From contig JBGCFM010000103.1 in NCBI GenBank assembly GCA_045106895.1, positions 1 through 23,205 on the forward strand: a DNA stretch of 23,205 nt, given 5' to 3'. This DNA is from Polyangiales bacterium (GTDB lineage: Bacteria; Myxococcota_A; Polyangia; Polyangiales; Houyiibacteriaceae). Positions 1 to 9,388 of the stretch are shown here, piece after piece; the stretch's first letter is position 1; each line of letters opens with the position of its first letter. Below the pieces are notes generated by a model that saw only the letters and a list, made by a program, of their open reading frames with translations, had not been told where the DNA came from and did not search any database. The translations under genes were made by a program, and so were the position numbers.

Positions 1-2504
1 TCGTCGAGGAGGCCGCGGATCTTCTGGAGCAGATCTGTCGCCGCGTAGGGCTTGGCCAGGAGCGTTCGATCGCCTTGAAGCGTCTCGTCCAGCATTCCCG
101 CGGCGTAGCCCGTGCTGAAGAGGAACTTGAGGTTGGGCCGAACTTCGAGCATCTGGCGGCACGCCTCCGACCCGTCCATCTCCGGCATGATGACGTCCAA
201 GAACGCGAGCTGATAACGATCGGGGTTCTCTTCGAAGAGGTCGATGGCCACACGTCCATTCCGAGCGACGCTCACCTCGTAGCCAGCACGGCGGAGAATT
301 CGCACCACCGTTCGAAGCACCATCTCATCGTCTTCGACCACAAGGATGTGCTCGCTGCCACCGGCCGGTTTGGGCTTGGGAGCGTCCGCCGGCGCCGACG
401 ATTTCGCGAGCTCTGGACCTCTCGGCAAGAAGACGCTGATGGTGGTCCCCGTTCCGACTTCGCTTTCGACGGAGAGCAATCCGTCGTGCTGGTCGACGAT
501 CTCGTACGCCATCGACAAGCCAAGGCCGGTCCCCTCGCCCTTCTTCTTCGTTGTGTAGAAAGGCTCGGTGGCACGGAGGGCAACCTCCGGCGGCATACCG
601 CGTCCGGTGTCTGCGATGGAGAGCCGAACGTACGCGCCCTGGGGGAGCCCGTATTCTGCGCCTTTGCTCGCAGAGAGCGAAAAGCTGGACGCTTGCAGCT
701 CCAAGGAGCCACCGTTGGGCATCGCGTCGCCCGCGTTCACGCAGAGGTTGACGATGACCTGCTCAAGCTGACCCGGGTCGCCATGGATAGGCAGCGTCTC
801 GTCGGGGGTCTTCCAGTGAATCCGGATGCTCTCAGGCAAAAGCCGCCTGAGCAGCTTGATGATGTTTGTCACCAGTTCGCCAAAATCAAACGAGCGCGTT
901 TGAATCGTCTGGCGGCGGCTGAAGGTAAGCAGCTGGCGCGTCAGCGCGGCAGCGCGGTCTGTCACCTCGAGAGCCTCGCCGAGCCGCTCCTGCGCTTCAC
1001 CGCCGCGACCCTCAGCAATGTCTTCCATCGCGAGGCGCGTGCAGTTTGTGAACGCCGTCAGCAAGTTGTTGAAGTCATGGGCGATGCCGCCGGCGAGAAC
1101 ACCAACGGTCTCCATCTTCTGGGCGTGGGCCAGGCGAGCCTCTGCGTTGCGTTCCTTCGAGATGTCCTGAAGCGAACCCGCGAGGCCCCGGCCGCGTCCT
1201 TCGATGGGGCGGCCACGAAAACGCAGCCAGTACCCGTCGACATGCCGTACATCGATGTGGAGCGTCTCTTCGCTGGCGAGGCACTCAAGGCTTTGGGTCT
1301 TCAGCCGCGGAAGGTCCTCGGGGTGAATGCGTGCATACATCGCATCCACCGTCGCGGGCGTGTCTCGGGCGTAGCCCAGCAGGCTATACATTCGTGACGA
1401 CCACCACTGCTGGTTGTGCGAAACATCGGACCATTCCCAGAGGCCGTCTTCGATGGCCTCAAAAGCGCGCTCCGTGCGTTCGAGCTCCGCCTGGGCGCGG
1501 GACTGAATCCAAGACCGGCCCATCACCTCTGCGACGAGCCGTAGGGTTCGTCGCTCTTGACTGTTCCAATCGACCTTTGTGTTGCACGCGAAGATGACGG
1601 CCCCAAACGCGCGCCCTTCGTTCACGAGGGGCACCTCGAGGATCGTGTTTAGACCGAGCTTCGCGCCAGCCTCAAACGGACCGAGCTTCAGCGTCTTTGT
1701 TCGATGACGCAACGCGTAGGCGGGACTCAGGAAGTGGGCGCGCCGCGCTTCTTGTTCCGGCCCCTCGCCCCAGTTGCCAAGCTCAAGCGACGCGCGCGTC
1801 GTGGGATCTTCGAAGACAACGGAGGTGGCGAAATCGAGCTGCAGGGTGCGGCAAACATTCCGCAGGGTCACCCCAATCTGCCGCGCGATGCGGTCCAACG
1901 GGACGTAGGCAAAATCCGCAGAGGTGTTAGTCAGAAGCTGGTCAAGGCTCCGCTGACTGAGCTTCATGCGAGAGACACGAACGCGATCGATGGCGCTCGA
2001 GGTCACTTGCGCCACAAAGCGCGCGAACTTGATGTGGTTCGAATCGAACGACACAGGGCGATTCCAGCCCACGATGTAACGACCTATACAAACACCTTGG
2101 GCGATGAGCGGCGTCGAGATGAAGGCTTGAAGCTCTGCTTCTTTGGCCAACTCCACGTACTCCGCACTCACCGGCCACTCGGAGATATCAGGCACCCGCA
2201 TCGGCTTATTGGCGGGCTCTGCGGCGTTAAGAGCGGCGGCGAACCTTGAGTCGAGATCACCTTCATGGGGCGCGGCGTTCCACGCGATGTGTCGACGTTC
2301 ACCAGGTCCCGCGCCGGACAAAGAGATGGCCGCGCTCGTTGCGCCGATGGAACGCGCCGTCGTCTCCGCGGTGCTCTCGAGTACATCCTCCAGTTCGTTC
2401 GGGAACGCGCGGATCAACTGGTTCGCGATCGTCACCGCTAAGCGGTTCGGTCCTGTCCCGACCCATAACGGTTTGTCGAAACCGCTGCTATTGTCCCCCG
2501 ACAT
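1..2504 (-). CDS. Hybrid sensor histidine kinase (GAF-GAF-PAS-HisKA-HATPase-REC); 3' end runs just off the left edge
   Basis: Manual translation of the minus strand (missing from the ORF track): ATG at 2504 is preceded by an in-frame TAA at 2519-2517. GAF-like segments ([31 protein letters not shown]), PAS ([20 protein letters not shown]), H-box [34 protein letters not shown], receiver ILVVEDD..FLDVIMP..LAKPY. Confidence 0.93.
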   Translation of the reverse strand, partial: MSGDNSSGFDKPLWVGTGPNRLAVTIANQLIRAFPNELEDVLESTAETTARSIGATSAAISLSGAGPGERRHIAWNAAPHEGDLDSRFAAALNAAEPANKPMRVPDISEWPVSAEYVELAKEAELQAFISTPLIAQGVCIGRYIVGWNRPVSFDSNHIKFARFVAQVTSSAIDRVRVSRMKLSQRSLDQLLTNTSADFAYVPLDRIARQIGVTLRNVCRTLQLDFATSVVFEDPTTRASLELGNWGEGPEQEARRAHFLSPAYALRHRTKTLKLGPFEAGAKLGLNTILEVPLVNEGRAFGAVIFACNTKVDWNSQERRTLRLVAEVMGRSWIQSRAQAELERTERAFEAIEDGLWEWSDVSHNQQWWSSRMYSLLGYARDTPATVDAMYARIHPEDLPRLKTQSLECLASEETLHIDVRHVDGYWLRFRGRPIEGRGRGLAGSLQDISKERNAEARLAHAQKMETVGVLAGGIAHDFNNLLTAFTNCTRLAMEDIAEGRGGEAQERLGEALEVTDRAAALTRQLLTFSRRQTIQTRSFDFGELVTNIIKLLRRLLPESIRIHWKTPDETLPIHGDPGQLEQVIVNLCVNAGDAMPNGGSLELQASSFSLSASKGAEYGLPQGAYVRLSIADTGRGMPPEVALRATEPFYTTKKKGEGTGLGLSMAYEIVDQHDGLLSVESEVGTGTTISVFLPRGPELAKSSAPADAPKPKPAGGSEHILVVEDDEMVLRTVVRILRRAGYEVSVARNGRVAIDLFEENPDRYQLAFLDVIMPEMDGSEACRQMLEVRPNLKFLFSTGYAAGMLDETLQGDRTLLAKPYAATDLLQKIRGLLD

Positions 2505-2564
2505 CGAGTCCGAAGATTAGTCGCAATGGCGAACGCTGACAAAGCATTCGCGCGCATGAGCCGG

Positions 2565-2580
2565 TGTCAAAACTCTGACA
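2565..2580. promoter_or_regulatory. TGTCA-N6-TGACA palindrome, candidate CRP/FNR-family site in the divergent intergenic region
   Basis: Perfect 5-6-5 inverted repeat between the starts at 2504(-) and 2653(+). Confidence 0.5.
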
Positions 2581-2652
2581 ACGTCATCCCCCAACTGTAG
2601 GACAAACAACGCACTACTGTTCGCCACTCGAGGAGTCCGCTAAGTTTCGCGG

Positions 2653-5487
2653 ATGCCGCAAGGAAACAACAGTCTGCCTTTCATGGTCGTCGGCGTAGGT
2701 GCGTCGGCGGGCGGACTTGAAGCGCTCAACGATTTTTTCGGTCAGATCAACCGAACGCCAGGCGTCGCCTTCATCGTCGTTCAGCACCTGTCGTACGAAT
2801 TCAAGTCGATGATGGGACAGCTCTTGTCCAAGCAGACGGACATCAAAGTGGTCAACGCCCGGCATGGGATGGCGGTGGAACCAGACCACGTTTACATGCT
2901 GCCGTTTCGGGCCGAGCTTAAGCTCTTGAACGGTCTCATCTCCCTCGTTGAGAAAGCACCAACAAGCGGCGTCAATCACCCCATCGACATGCTCTTTGAG
3001 AGCATCGCGAGAGAGCAAAGAGACAACGGCGGGTGTGTCGTGCTCTCGGGGAGCGGGAGTGATGGCACCGTCGGTGTCCGCGCCATCAAAGAAGCGGGCG
3101 GACTCGTTCTTGTCCAGGAACCAGCGTCGACTCAGTTCGACAGCATGCCGCACAGCGCGCTGGCCACGGGCATGGCGGACTTTGTCGGCACGCCGGCCTC
3201 ACTCGCCGAAGACCTCTGCAGCTTCGTCGACAACCCTCTTAATCGTGGCGACATGTCCGCCATCGACTCCAACATCGAGCAGCGCGCGCTGAACGAGCTC
3301 ATCGGAATCATGCAGACGGAGCTGCGCATCGATTTCGCTTCGTACAAACGGGACGGTGTGGTTCGACGCCTTCAGAAGCGACTACGCGCGACGCACTCCG
3401 TGAGCATCGCCGACTACACGCGATACCTTCGTAGTCATCCAGACGAGCTGTCTCTTCTCGAAGAGTCCATGCTCATCAACGTCACGCGTTTCTTGCGCGA
3501 CAACGAAGCGTGGGAGGTGTTTCAGAAGCAATGCGTGGAGCCCATGGTCGAAAGCCTGCCGGAGGGGAGCACTCTTCGCGCTTGGGTCGCTGGATGTTCC
3601 ACGGGCCAAGAGGCCTACACGATGGGCGTCATGTTCGATCGAGTGATTCGCAGGAGCGGGCGAAAGCTCGAGTATCGAATCTTCGCGACGGACGTCGATA
3701 GAAGAGCCATCGCCAAGGCCGGTCTTGGTGAGTACCGCGTGGACGAGATCGCGGGGATCCCTGAAGACGAGGTCTCGGACTACTTCACGAGTCTCGGGGA
3801 TCGGCGCGTCGTGCGGCGCTCTGTTCGCGACCGAATTACCTTCGCCCCTCACAACCTGATGGTGGACCCCCCCTTCACGAAGCTGCATTTCATCTCGTGC
3901 CGGAACTTGCTCATCTACCTCAGCCAAGATGCGCAAGACAAAGTCCTGAGCCGCTTCGAGTTCTCGTTGCTCCCGGGCAGCGCGCTCTTCTTGGGCGCGA
4001 GCGAGACCGTGGGCCAACACAGCGCCAGCTTTCGCACCGTCGACGCGAAGTGGAAGATCTTTGAACGCTTGGAGGGCGTGGGACTCTCGCCGCCACGCAC
4101 CTTTAGCTCGGCGCTTCCCTATTCTGGACTTTCCGCGAGACGCCCACCGCCGAGAGCGTCCGCCAACGACAGCCTCTACGAAGCCGTCATCGAGAAGTAC
4201 GTGCCGAGCGGCGCTGCCATCGACGTGAACTTCAACATCATTCACGTGTTTGGCGCATTGGGGAGCGTTCTCTCTCTCCCGGCTGGTCGGACAACCTTGA
4301 ACTTGCTCAAGATGGTCCCCGAGAGCACCTCCGCGATTCTCTCAGCGACGATTCGCAAAGCCATCAAAGACGAAGCCGAGGTCTGCTGCAGGCTGCCACT
4401 TCCGGACGACGACAACCCACCGATGCTTCGCGTGGTCCCCGCCGCTGCAAAGACTCCGACGCTCGTGTTCTTTGAAACCGCGGAAGCCCCAATCACCCGC
4501 AAGCCAATGGTTGTGGTGGACCTCGACGTCGAAACGGCGCGGCGTATCCAAGAGCTTGAAGAAGACACCGCCACTCTACGCCAGAGTCTCCAGGCCGCGG
4601 TTCAAGAGCATGAGATGGCGAACGAAGAGCTTCAGGCGACGAACGAAGAGCTCATCGCCTCCAACGAAGAGCTTCAGAGCACAAACGAAGAGCTTCAGTC
4701 GGTGAACGAAGAGCTCTACACGGTGAACACCGAGTACCAAGAGAAAATCGGTGAGCTGGAACGGGTGAACGAAGACCTTGAGCACGTCCTCGCGACGACG
4801 CAGTCCGGTGTTCTCATCCTCGACCAGCACCTCAACATTCGGCGCTACAATACAGGCTGCCTCGGCATCTTTCCTTTGTTGGCCCAGGATGTCGGCCGGC
4901 CCATCGGAGACATCGCGTTGCGCGCCAAAAACTTCGAGCTTGAGGCTGCGATGCACAAGCTGCTGGAAACCGGCGAGCCCTTCGCCGAAGACGTCACCAC
5001 GGACGACAAGCGCGTCTGGGGCCTGACCGGTCGGCGCCTCATGCGAAAAGGAAACGACGTCGGCATCATTCTCACGATCACCGACCTCAGTCAGCTTCGG
5101 CCTCACTTGGTCCGACGCCTCGATCGACTGCTCACTTGTTTTTCCGTCGCCGGCGTAGGCAAAGAGGTGCCCGCATTGGTCGTCGACGTCGACAGCGGAG
5201 AGTCGGACATCACGGAAGCGGCGCGCCGCATCCTTGGCCTGCAGGGCGAGATCGTTCAGGTCGCCGAGATCCTCGGCATGACATCCGGATCAGACCGTCG
5301 AACGCTGGAGGAAACGTTCAACAAGCTGATCAACAAAGAGGTTCCGGGGCAGATGGTGGAGCAAACCCTCCCCTCTCTCGGGCAGGCCGAAAACGTCACG
5401 ATTCGACTCGCCGCGCGTATTAGCCACTACAACGCCAGTCGGGTTCTGGTAGCTTTGCTGTCTGAAAGTCCGGTTGTAGAAGCATGA
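2653..5487 (+). CDS. CheB methylesterase / CheR methyltransferase fusion with coiled coil and PAS domains, no kinase domain
   Basis: CheB triad motifs GASAGG, VQHL, LSGSGSDG; CheR motifs INVTRFLRD, WVAGCSTGQEAYT, IFATDVD, ISCRNLLIY; NEELQ heptads; PAS (ILDQHLNIRRYN..DVGRPIGDI). Confidence 0.95.
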   Translation: MPQGNNSLPFMVVGVGASAGGLEALNDFFGQINRTPGVAFIVVQHLSYEFKSMMGQLLSKQTDIKVVNARHGMAVEPDHVYMLPFRAELKLLNGLISLVEKAPTSGVNHPIDMLFESIAREQRDNGGCVVLSGSGSDGTVGVRAIKEAGGLVLVQEPASTQFDSMPHSALATGMADFVGTPASLAEDLCSFVDNPLNRGDMSAIDSNIEQRALNELIGIMQTELRIDFASYKRDGVVRRLQKRLRATHSVSIADYTRYLRSHPDELSLLEESMLINVTRFLRDNEAWEVFQKQCVEPMVESLPEGSTLRAWVAGCSTGQEAYTMGVMFDRVIRRSGRKLEYRIFATDVDRRAIAKAGLGEYRVDEIAGIPEDEVSDYFTSLGDRRVVRRSVRDRITFAPHNLMVDPPFTKLHFISCRNLLIYLSQDAQDKVLSRFEFSLLPGSALFLGASETVGQHSASFRTVDAKWKIFERLEGVGLSPPRTFSSALPYSGLSARRPPPRASANDSLYEAVIEKYVPSGAAIDVNFNIIHVFGALGSVLSLPAGRTTLNLLKMVPESTSAILSATIRKAIKDEAEVCCRLPLPDDDNPPMLRVVPAAAKTPTLVFFETAEAPITRKPMVVVDLDVETARRIQELEEDTATLRQSLQAAVQEHEMANEELQATNEELIASNEELQSTNEELQSVNEELYTVNTEYQEKIGELERVNEDLEHVLATTQSGVLILDQHLNIRRYNTGCLGIFPLLAQDVGRPIGDIALRAKNFELEAAMHKLLETGEPFAEDVTTDDKRVWGLTGRRLMRKGNDVGIILTITDLSQLRPHLVRRLDRLLTCFSVAGVGKEVPALVVDVDSGESDITEAARRILGLQGEIVQVAEILGMTSGSDRRTLEETFNKLINKEVPGQMVEQTLPSLGQAENVTIRLAARISHYNASRVLVALLSESPVVEA
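4621..4714 (+). repeat. 21-bp-period coding repeat (AACGAAGAGCT...) encoding the NEELQ heptads
   Basis: Five AACGAAGAGCT units at 21-nt spacing, in frame within the CheB/CheR gene. Confidence 0.85.
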
Positions 5488-5915
5488 CATCATCCACATT
5501 GAACATGCTTCTCGTTGAAGACGAAGAGGCCGATGCAGAACTCTTCCGAAGCTCGCTACACAAGGAAGCCCCCGACTGTGGGTTTGAGTGGGTTCGCGAT
5601 GGAGAGTCTGCGCTCTCATTCCTGCGCAAAGAAGACGCCTACCAGAGCGCCTTTACGCCGGACTTGATTTTTCTCGACTGGGGACTGCCGCGTTTGTCGG
5701 GTCTCGACGTGCTGAAGATCATCAAGCACGACTCGAGGGTGAAGACCATCCCCGTCATCGTGTACAGCGGTACGCGTGCGCCAGAAGATGTTCGCCAAGC
5801 GTACGAGTATCACGCCAGCGCCTTCCTCACGAAGCAGATGGAGCTGGACCAACTGGTCCGCGTGCATCGCACATTGCGCGAGTTTTGGCTGAATCTCGCC
5901 ATACTGCCTGAGTGA
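5484..5915 (+). CDS. Single-domain response regulator, Rcp1-like
   Basis: LLVEDEEAD, PDLIFLDWGLPRLSG, IPVIVYS, AFLTK, C-terminal FWL typical of Rcp1-like receivers; ATGA overlap with the upstream stop. Confidence 0.93.
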   Translation: MTSSTLNMLLVEDEEADAELFRSSLHKEAPDCGFEWVRDGESALSFLRKEDAYQSAFTPDLIFLDWGLPRLSGLDVLKIIKHDSRVKTIPVIVYSGTRAPEDVRQAYEYHASAFLTKQMELDQLVRVHRTLREFWLNLAILPE

Positions 5916-6060
5916 CAGCGGGCGCGAGGGCCGGATCACTTTGGCACGCTCCAACGAGAATGTGCGTCGAGAAGTTCACACCCCAAGCAGGAGCGCGAAA
6001 GAGCTTTCGCAATAGGTGCTAATTCCTCGGTGTTTTCGGCATGCGGCCCTTCGTGAATGT

Positions 6061-6077
6061 TGGGCATGCGCATTGCA
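6061..6077 (+). promoter_or_regulatory. Candidate sigma54 (-24/-12) promoter
   Basis: TGGGCATGCGCATTGCA: GG(6063-64)-N10-GC(6075-76), close to TGGCACG-N4-TTGC. Confidence 0.55.
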
Positions 6078-6088
6078 ACTCACGATGT

Positions 6089-6337
6089 ATGACCATTCGA
6101 TTCTCCTACAGTCCAGCGGATGCGATCTTGACCCTCGGGGTCCGCAACCAGCCTGATGAGATCATCGAGCGAGCGCTCAAGCGCGCCGCCGAAACGGCCG
6201 CCGTTGAGATTCGTGTCTGCGATGCTTCCAGCGCCAATCGATGGCCAGCCATCGCTGAACTCTGTGTTCGTCAGGGTCCTCGTTTTGTCTATCGCCGCGT
6301 CTCGAATACGAAGTCGAAGAACGCGAACGCTGCCTAG
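6089..6337 (+). CDS. Small hypothetical protein (82 aa, MTIRFSYSPADA...)
   Basis: Fills the gap between two clear genes. ATG 6089 is preferred over 6041 because the sigma54-like motif lies between them. No recognised motif. Confidence 0.55.
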   Translation: MTIRFSYSPADAILTLGVRNQPDEIIERALKRAAETAAVEIRVCDASSANRWPAIAELCVRQGPRFVYRRVSNTKSKNANAA

Positions 6338-6361
6338 AGCGCAGACCAGTCGAACGCTCCG

Positions 6362-7471
6362 CTAAGAAGCTGGCGTTTGGAAGACCGCAGCAAGCGCATC
6401 GAGTTGCGCTCGACCGAGACATTTCGCTCGCGCTGGGCTCCATCCTTCGGGAGCCGGCGCGTTTGCGTTGTCTTTAAAAGGCATCTCTAAGGTCATGGCC
6501 AACGCGCCAAAGCGCGACGCGAGGTGATTGGTAGCCATCGACAGGTTGGCTTTCCCAGGTGGCGCGCGCGGGTATCCGTGCTCGTTCTGAAAATCCGGAC
6601 ACGCACGCTCAAGGGCTGCGCAGTACACATCGTGCTGTTCAAGAATGCTCGCCGGAAGGCCTGCAACTCCATGTGCGCCGGCGATAAAATTGTAAGGCAA
6701 CGCTTCGTCGCCGTGCACGTCCAGACAGAGGCGAAGCCCGGTCTTATCCATTTCGTTTCGTACGCAAAGAACCTCAGGCGAGCGCTCCAGCGTGGGCGTC
6801 TCCCACTCGCGATTAAGGTTCGCGCCTGCGGCATTGTTTCGCAGGTGACCACGTACAGATCCGTCCGGGTTCATATTCGGCACAACGTAAAAACGTGCTT
6901 CCGCACGGAGCCGACGAGCAAGGGGATCCGCGCCGTCGAAGAAGCGCTCCAGCATGCCTTCGATAAGCCACTCCGCCATGGACTCACCAGGATGCTGACG
7001 GGCAATAATCCAAACCGGCACCGGTCCATCACCAAACTCCAGCAGGTCGATGGGACGAGCGTCGATGCTCTCGCCGATGATGCGCGCACGAACACCGGGC
7101 TGAAGCTGAGCGTTGCCGATGAGGCGTTGATGGCGCTCGTAGTCATAAGGCGCGAAGTAGGCGTACCAAACGGTGCTATGCGCGGGCTTGTGCTCGATGA
7201 TGAGCTCGCCTTTTTCGTAGCGGGTCGGCACGCGGAACCAGGTCTCTCGGTCGTAAGAAGCGCATGCTCGGTAGTCAGGCCAGCCGCCTTCGTAGGACGC
7301 GTCTTTGGCGTTCGTGATCACGAGTTCTCCCGCAGCCACGTCGCTCACGCGGAAATGAAACCACTGGAAGTGGTCCTCGCCTGCGTCCTTACGAATGGCG
7401 AGACGAACCCGACCATTCTCCTCGTTGAGGACCTCAATATTTCCGGAGTCAAAGTTCGCGCTGATAGGCAT
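6362..7471 (-). CDS. M14 family zinc carboxypeptidase (cytosolic carboxypeptidase-like)
   Basis: N-terminus MPISANFDSGNI, QWFHFRV, zinc motif ARQHPGE, PNMNPDG, NLNREW, LDVHGDE, TLEMPF. The true start is 7471, not 7816. Confidence 0.95.
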   Translation of the reverse strand: MPISANFDSGNIEVLNEENGRVRLAIRKDAGEDHFQWFHFRVSDVAAGELVITNAKDASYEGGWPDYRACASYDRETWFRVPTRYEKGELIIEHKPAHSTVWYAYFAPYDYERHQRLIGNAQLQPGVRARIIGESIDARPIDLLEFGDGPVPVWIIARQHPGESMAEWLIEGMLERFFDGADPLARRLRAEARFYVVPNMNPDGSVRGHLRNNAAGANLNREWETPTLERSPEVLCVRNEMDKTGLRLCLDVHGDEALPYNFIAGAHGVAGLPASILEQHDVYCAALERACPDFQNEHGYPRAPPGKANLSMATNHLASRFGALAMTLEMPFKDNANAPAPEGWSPARAKCLGRAQLDALAAVFQTPAS

Positions 7472-7517
7472 GGGCAGACCATGCCAGACTCCAGGGACAG
7501 GGTGCTGTCTGATGTCT

Positions 7518-8279
7518 ATGAACCGTACGATTTTATCACTCCTCCTTCTTGCCGCCTGTTCGTCGAGCGTCGCCGATGCGCCTGATGAGTCCGTCGGCAG
7601 CGAATCCATTGTGAACAGCGACGTGCGAGCAGACGATGTTGAGCCCGAGCCTGAGCCTGAGCCTGAGCCCGAGCCCGAGCCCGAGCCTGAACCCGAGCCC
7701 GAACCTGAACGTGGTCCTGTGCGCTGTGAGCGCTTGAACACCCACGAGCTATGCATTGCCAGGCCCGACTGCGTTTTCGGTACGATACCCGTGAGAAGGT
7801 GCCGAGCGGTTCGCAACGAGTGCGAGCAGTGGTGGACCGACCGAACTCAGCCCGCTCCTGCGGAGTGTCCGCAAGACTGCGCGATGCTACGCGGCTTCCA
7901 GCTTTGCGTGCCTTACGTTCAGATCACGGAGTGTCCGACATCTGCGGAGGACGCGCTGGCGTTGCGCGTGAACTGTGATCTTCAGGCGGCTCCCCTGTCG
8001 TGCGACTACCGGGACGCCGAAGGGAGATTCAATATTGGATGTCACCTTCCGCCGGCGGGCTGTGGCGGAGGCCCGCGAAGACCTCCACCGACGCCGTCCT
8101 GGCGCCAACACCGCGAGCCGGCGGACTACGACGAGAGTGGGTGTCCGCAGACAGAGAGGGCGCGAAATCGGCGCTGCCGGGCGCCCAGATCACAGGAGTG
8201 CGTCTCACAGTGCGGCGGGGCAATGCAGTGCATTCGCGGCCGATGGGAGACAACGCGCATCGATCCACCACGTCCATAG
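7518..8279 (+). CDS. Cys-rich lipoprotein with (EP)11 linker
   Basis: MNRTILSLLLLAAC lipobox (alternative ATG at 7512), acidic/Pro linker, 18 further Cys. Confidence 0.85.
   Translation: MNRTILSLLLLAACSSSVADAPDESVGSESIVNSDVRADDVEPEPEPEPEPEPEPEPEPEPEPERGPVRCERLNTHELCIARPDCVFGTIPVRRCRAVRNECEQWWTDRTQPAPAECPQDCAMLRGFQLCVPYVQITECPTSAEDALALRVNCDLQAAPLSCDYRDAEGRFNIGCHLPPAGCGGGPRRPPPTPSWRQHREPADYDESGCPQTERARNRRCRAPRSQECVSQCGGAMQCIRGRWETTRIDPPRP
7641..7709 (+). repeat. Hexamer tandem repeat (GARCCY)x11 encoding Glu-Pro
   Basis: Directly visible; variation is confined to synonymous positions. Confidence 0.95.
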
Positions 8280-8468
8280 AAAACTACGAAACGCGGAGTT
8301 CGCGTGCCTCCGTGCGGCGTCGACTTCGCGTGCCCAGGCAGGTTCACTTGGCGCAGCAGAAGCAGACGGTGAGTTCTTCCTTGGGACTCAACTTGAGACA
8401 GAACGAGCTCACGCGCATCGAGGCGCGTTTCTTGGTGCGCCCGACGAAGTTGCGATAGGCAAACCGCG

Positions 8469-9371
8469 ATGCTCACATCCGGAACAACCATGCTCGTCAG
8501 CGGATCCCTTAGGTTCTCGGCGCATCAGGCGGGACTGAGTAACAGCGGACAGCCTCTGGTCATTTGCCTGCACGGCTTTCCGGATAGCCCGCGCTCGTTT
8601 CGACACCAGCTCCCAACTTTGGCGCAAAAAGGCTATCGCGTGCTCGCGCCTACTCTTCGCGGGTACGAGCCGTCCTCGCAACCCGTAGACGATGACTACT
8701 CGTTGTCGACCCTCGCCGGGGATGTCATCGCCTGGATGGACGAACTCGATGAGGAGAAGGTTCATCTGATCGGTCACGACTGGGGAGGGGCTGTTGCGTA
8801 CACCGCGGGCTCCATCGCACCGGAGCGATTCTACTCTCTGACCACGATCGCGTCTCCCCACAGCGCGCGCTTCGCAGCGGCGACGCGAAAGGTGCCCAGT
8901 CAGCTTCGCAAGTCCTGGTACATGTTCTTCTTCCAGCTGTATGGTGTCGCGGAGTTTGCGTTGGAGCGACACGACTGGGCGCTGATCCGAAAGCTCTGGA
9001 AAGACTGGTCACCCGACTACGATCTCTCCCACGAAGAGTGGCGACAACTCCGTGCGACTTTTGCAAAACCTGGCGTCAAGAAAGCGATGCTCGCCTACTA
9101 CCGCGCAAACGCATCCCTCAGCGTGGCCCTCGGCTGGAACACTGGCCAAAATACGGGCGAAGATCTCACGCGGGTGCCGGTTCCTACGCTCGCCATCGCA
9201 GGCGTGGACGATGGTTGCATCGACCTTCGCATGTTTGATCACAGCTTCCCCGACGCCGACTTTCCCAAAGGAGTCCGTATCGAGCGTATCCAAAACGCGG
9301 GACACTTTGCGCACCTAGAGAAAGTAGAGCAGGTCAATCGGCTCCTGACGACCTGGTTAGCGACCAACTAG
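8469..9371 (+). CDS. Alpha/beta-fold hydrolase, epoxide hydrolase-like
   Basis: LHGFPD, LRGY, GHDWGG (Asp nucleophile), SWY and YYRA lid tyrosines, AGHFAHLE. Confidence 0.93.
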   Translation: MLTSGTTMLVSGSLRFSAHQAGLSNSGQPLVICLHGFPDSPRSFRHQLPTLAQKGYRVLAPTLRGYEPSSQPVDDDYSLSTLAGDVIAWMDELDEEKVHLIGHDWGGAVAYTAGSIAPERFYSLTTIASPHSARFAAATRKVPSQLRKSWYMFFFQLYGVAEFALERHDWALIRKLWKDWSPDYDLSHEEWRQLRATFAKPGVKKAMLAYYRANASLSVALGWNTGQNTGEDLTRVPVPTLAIAGVDDGCIDLRMFDHSFPDADFPKGVRIERIQNAGHFAHLEKVEQVNRLLTTWLATN

Positions 9372-9388
9372 CGAGGCTTATGAGAGCT

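Noticed and set aside
75..1397. 440-aa plus-strand ORF
   Set aside because: Antisense shadow of the hybrid kinase; no motifs of its own.
4621..4714. Regularly spaced repeats resembling a mini-CRISPR
   Set aside because: 21-nt period, in-frame heptad coding, no true spacers and no cas genes.
5941..5956. TTGGCACG, a perfect sigma54 -24 half-site
   Set aside because: No GC at the -12 position.
7472..7816. N-terminal extension of the M14 ORF with a (GS)n tract
   Set aside because: It is the reverse complement of the lipoprotein's EP repeat; the family N-terminus starts at 7471.
8299..8334. TTCGCGTGCC direct repeat, two copies 26 bp apart
   Set aside because: Short, GC-rich and only two copies; could be chance.
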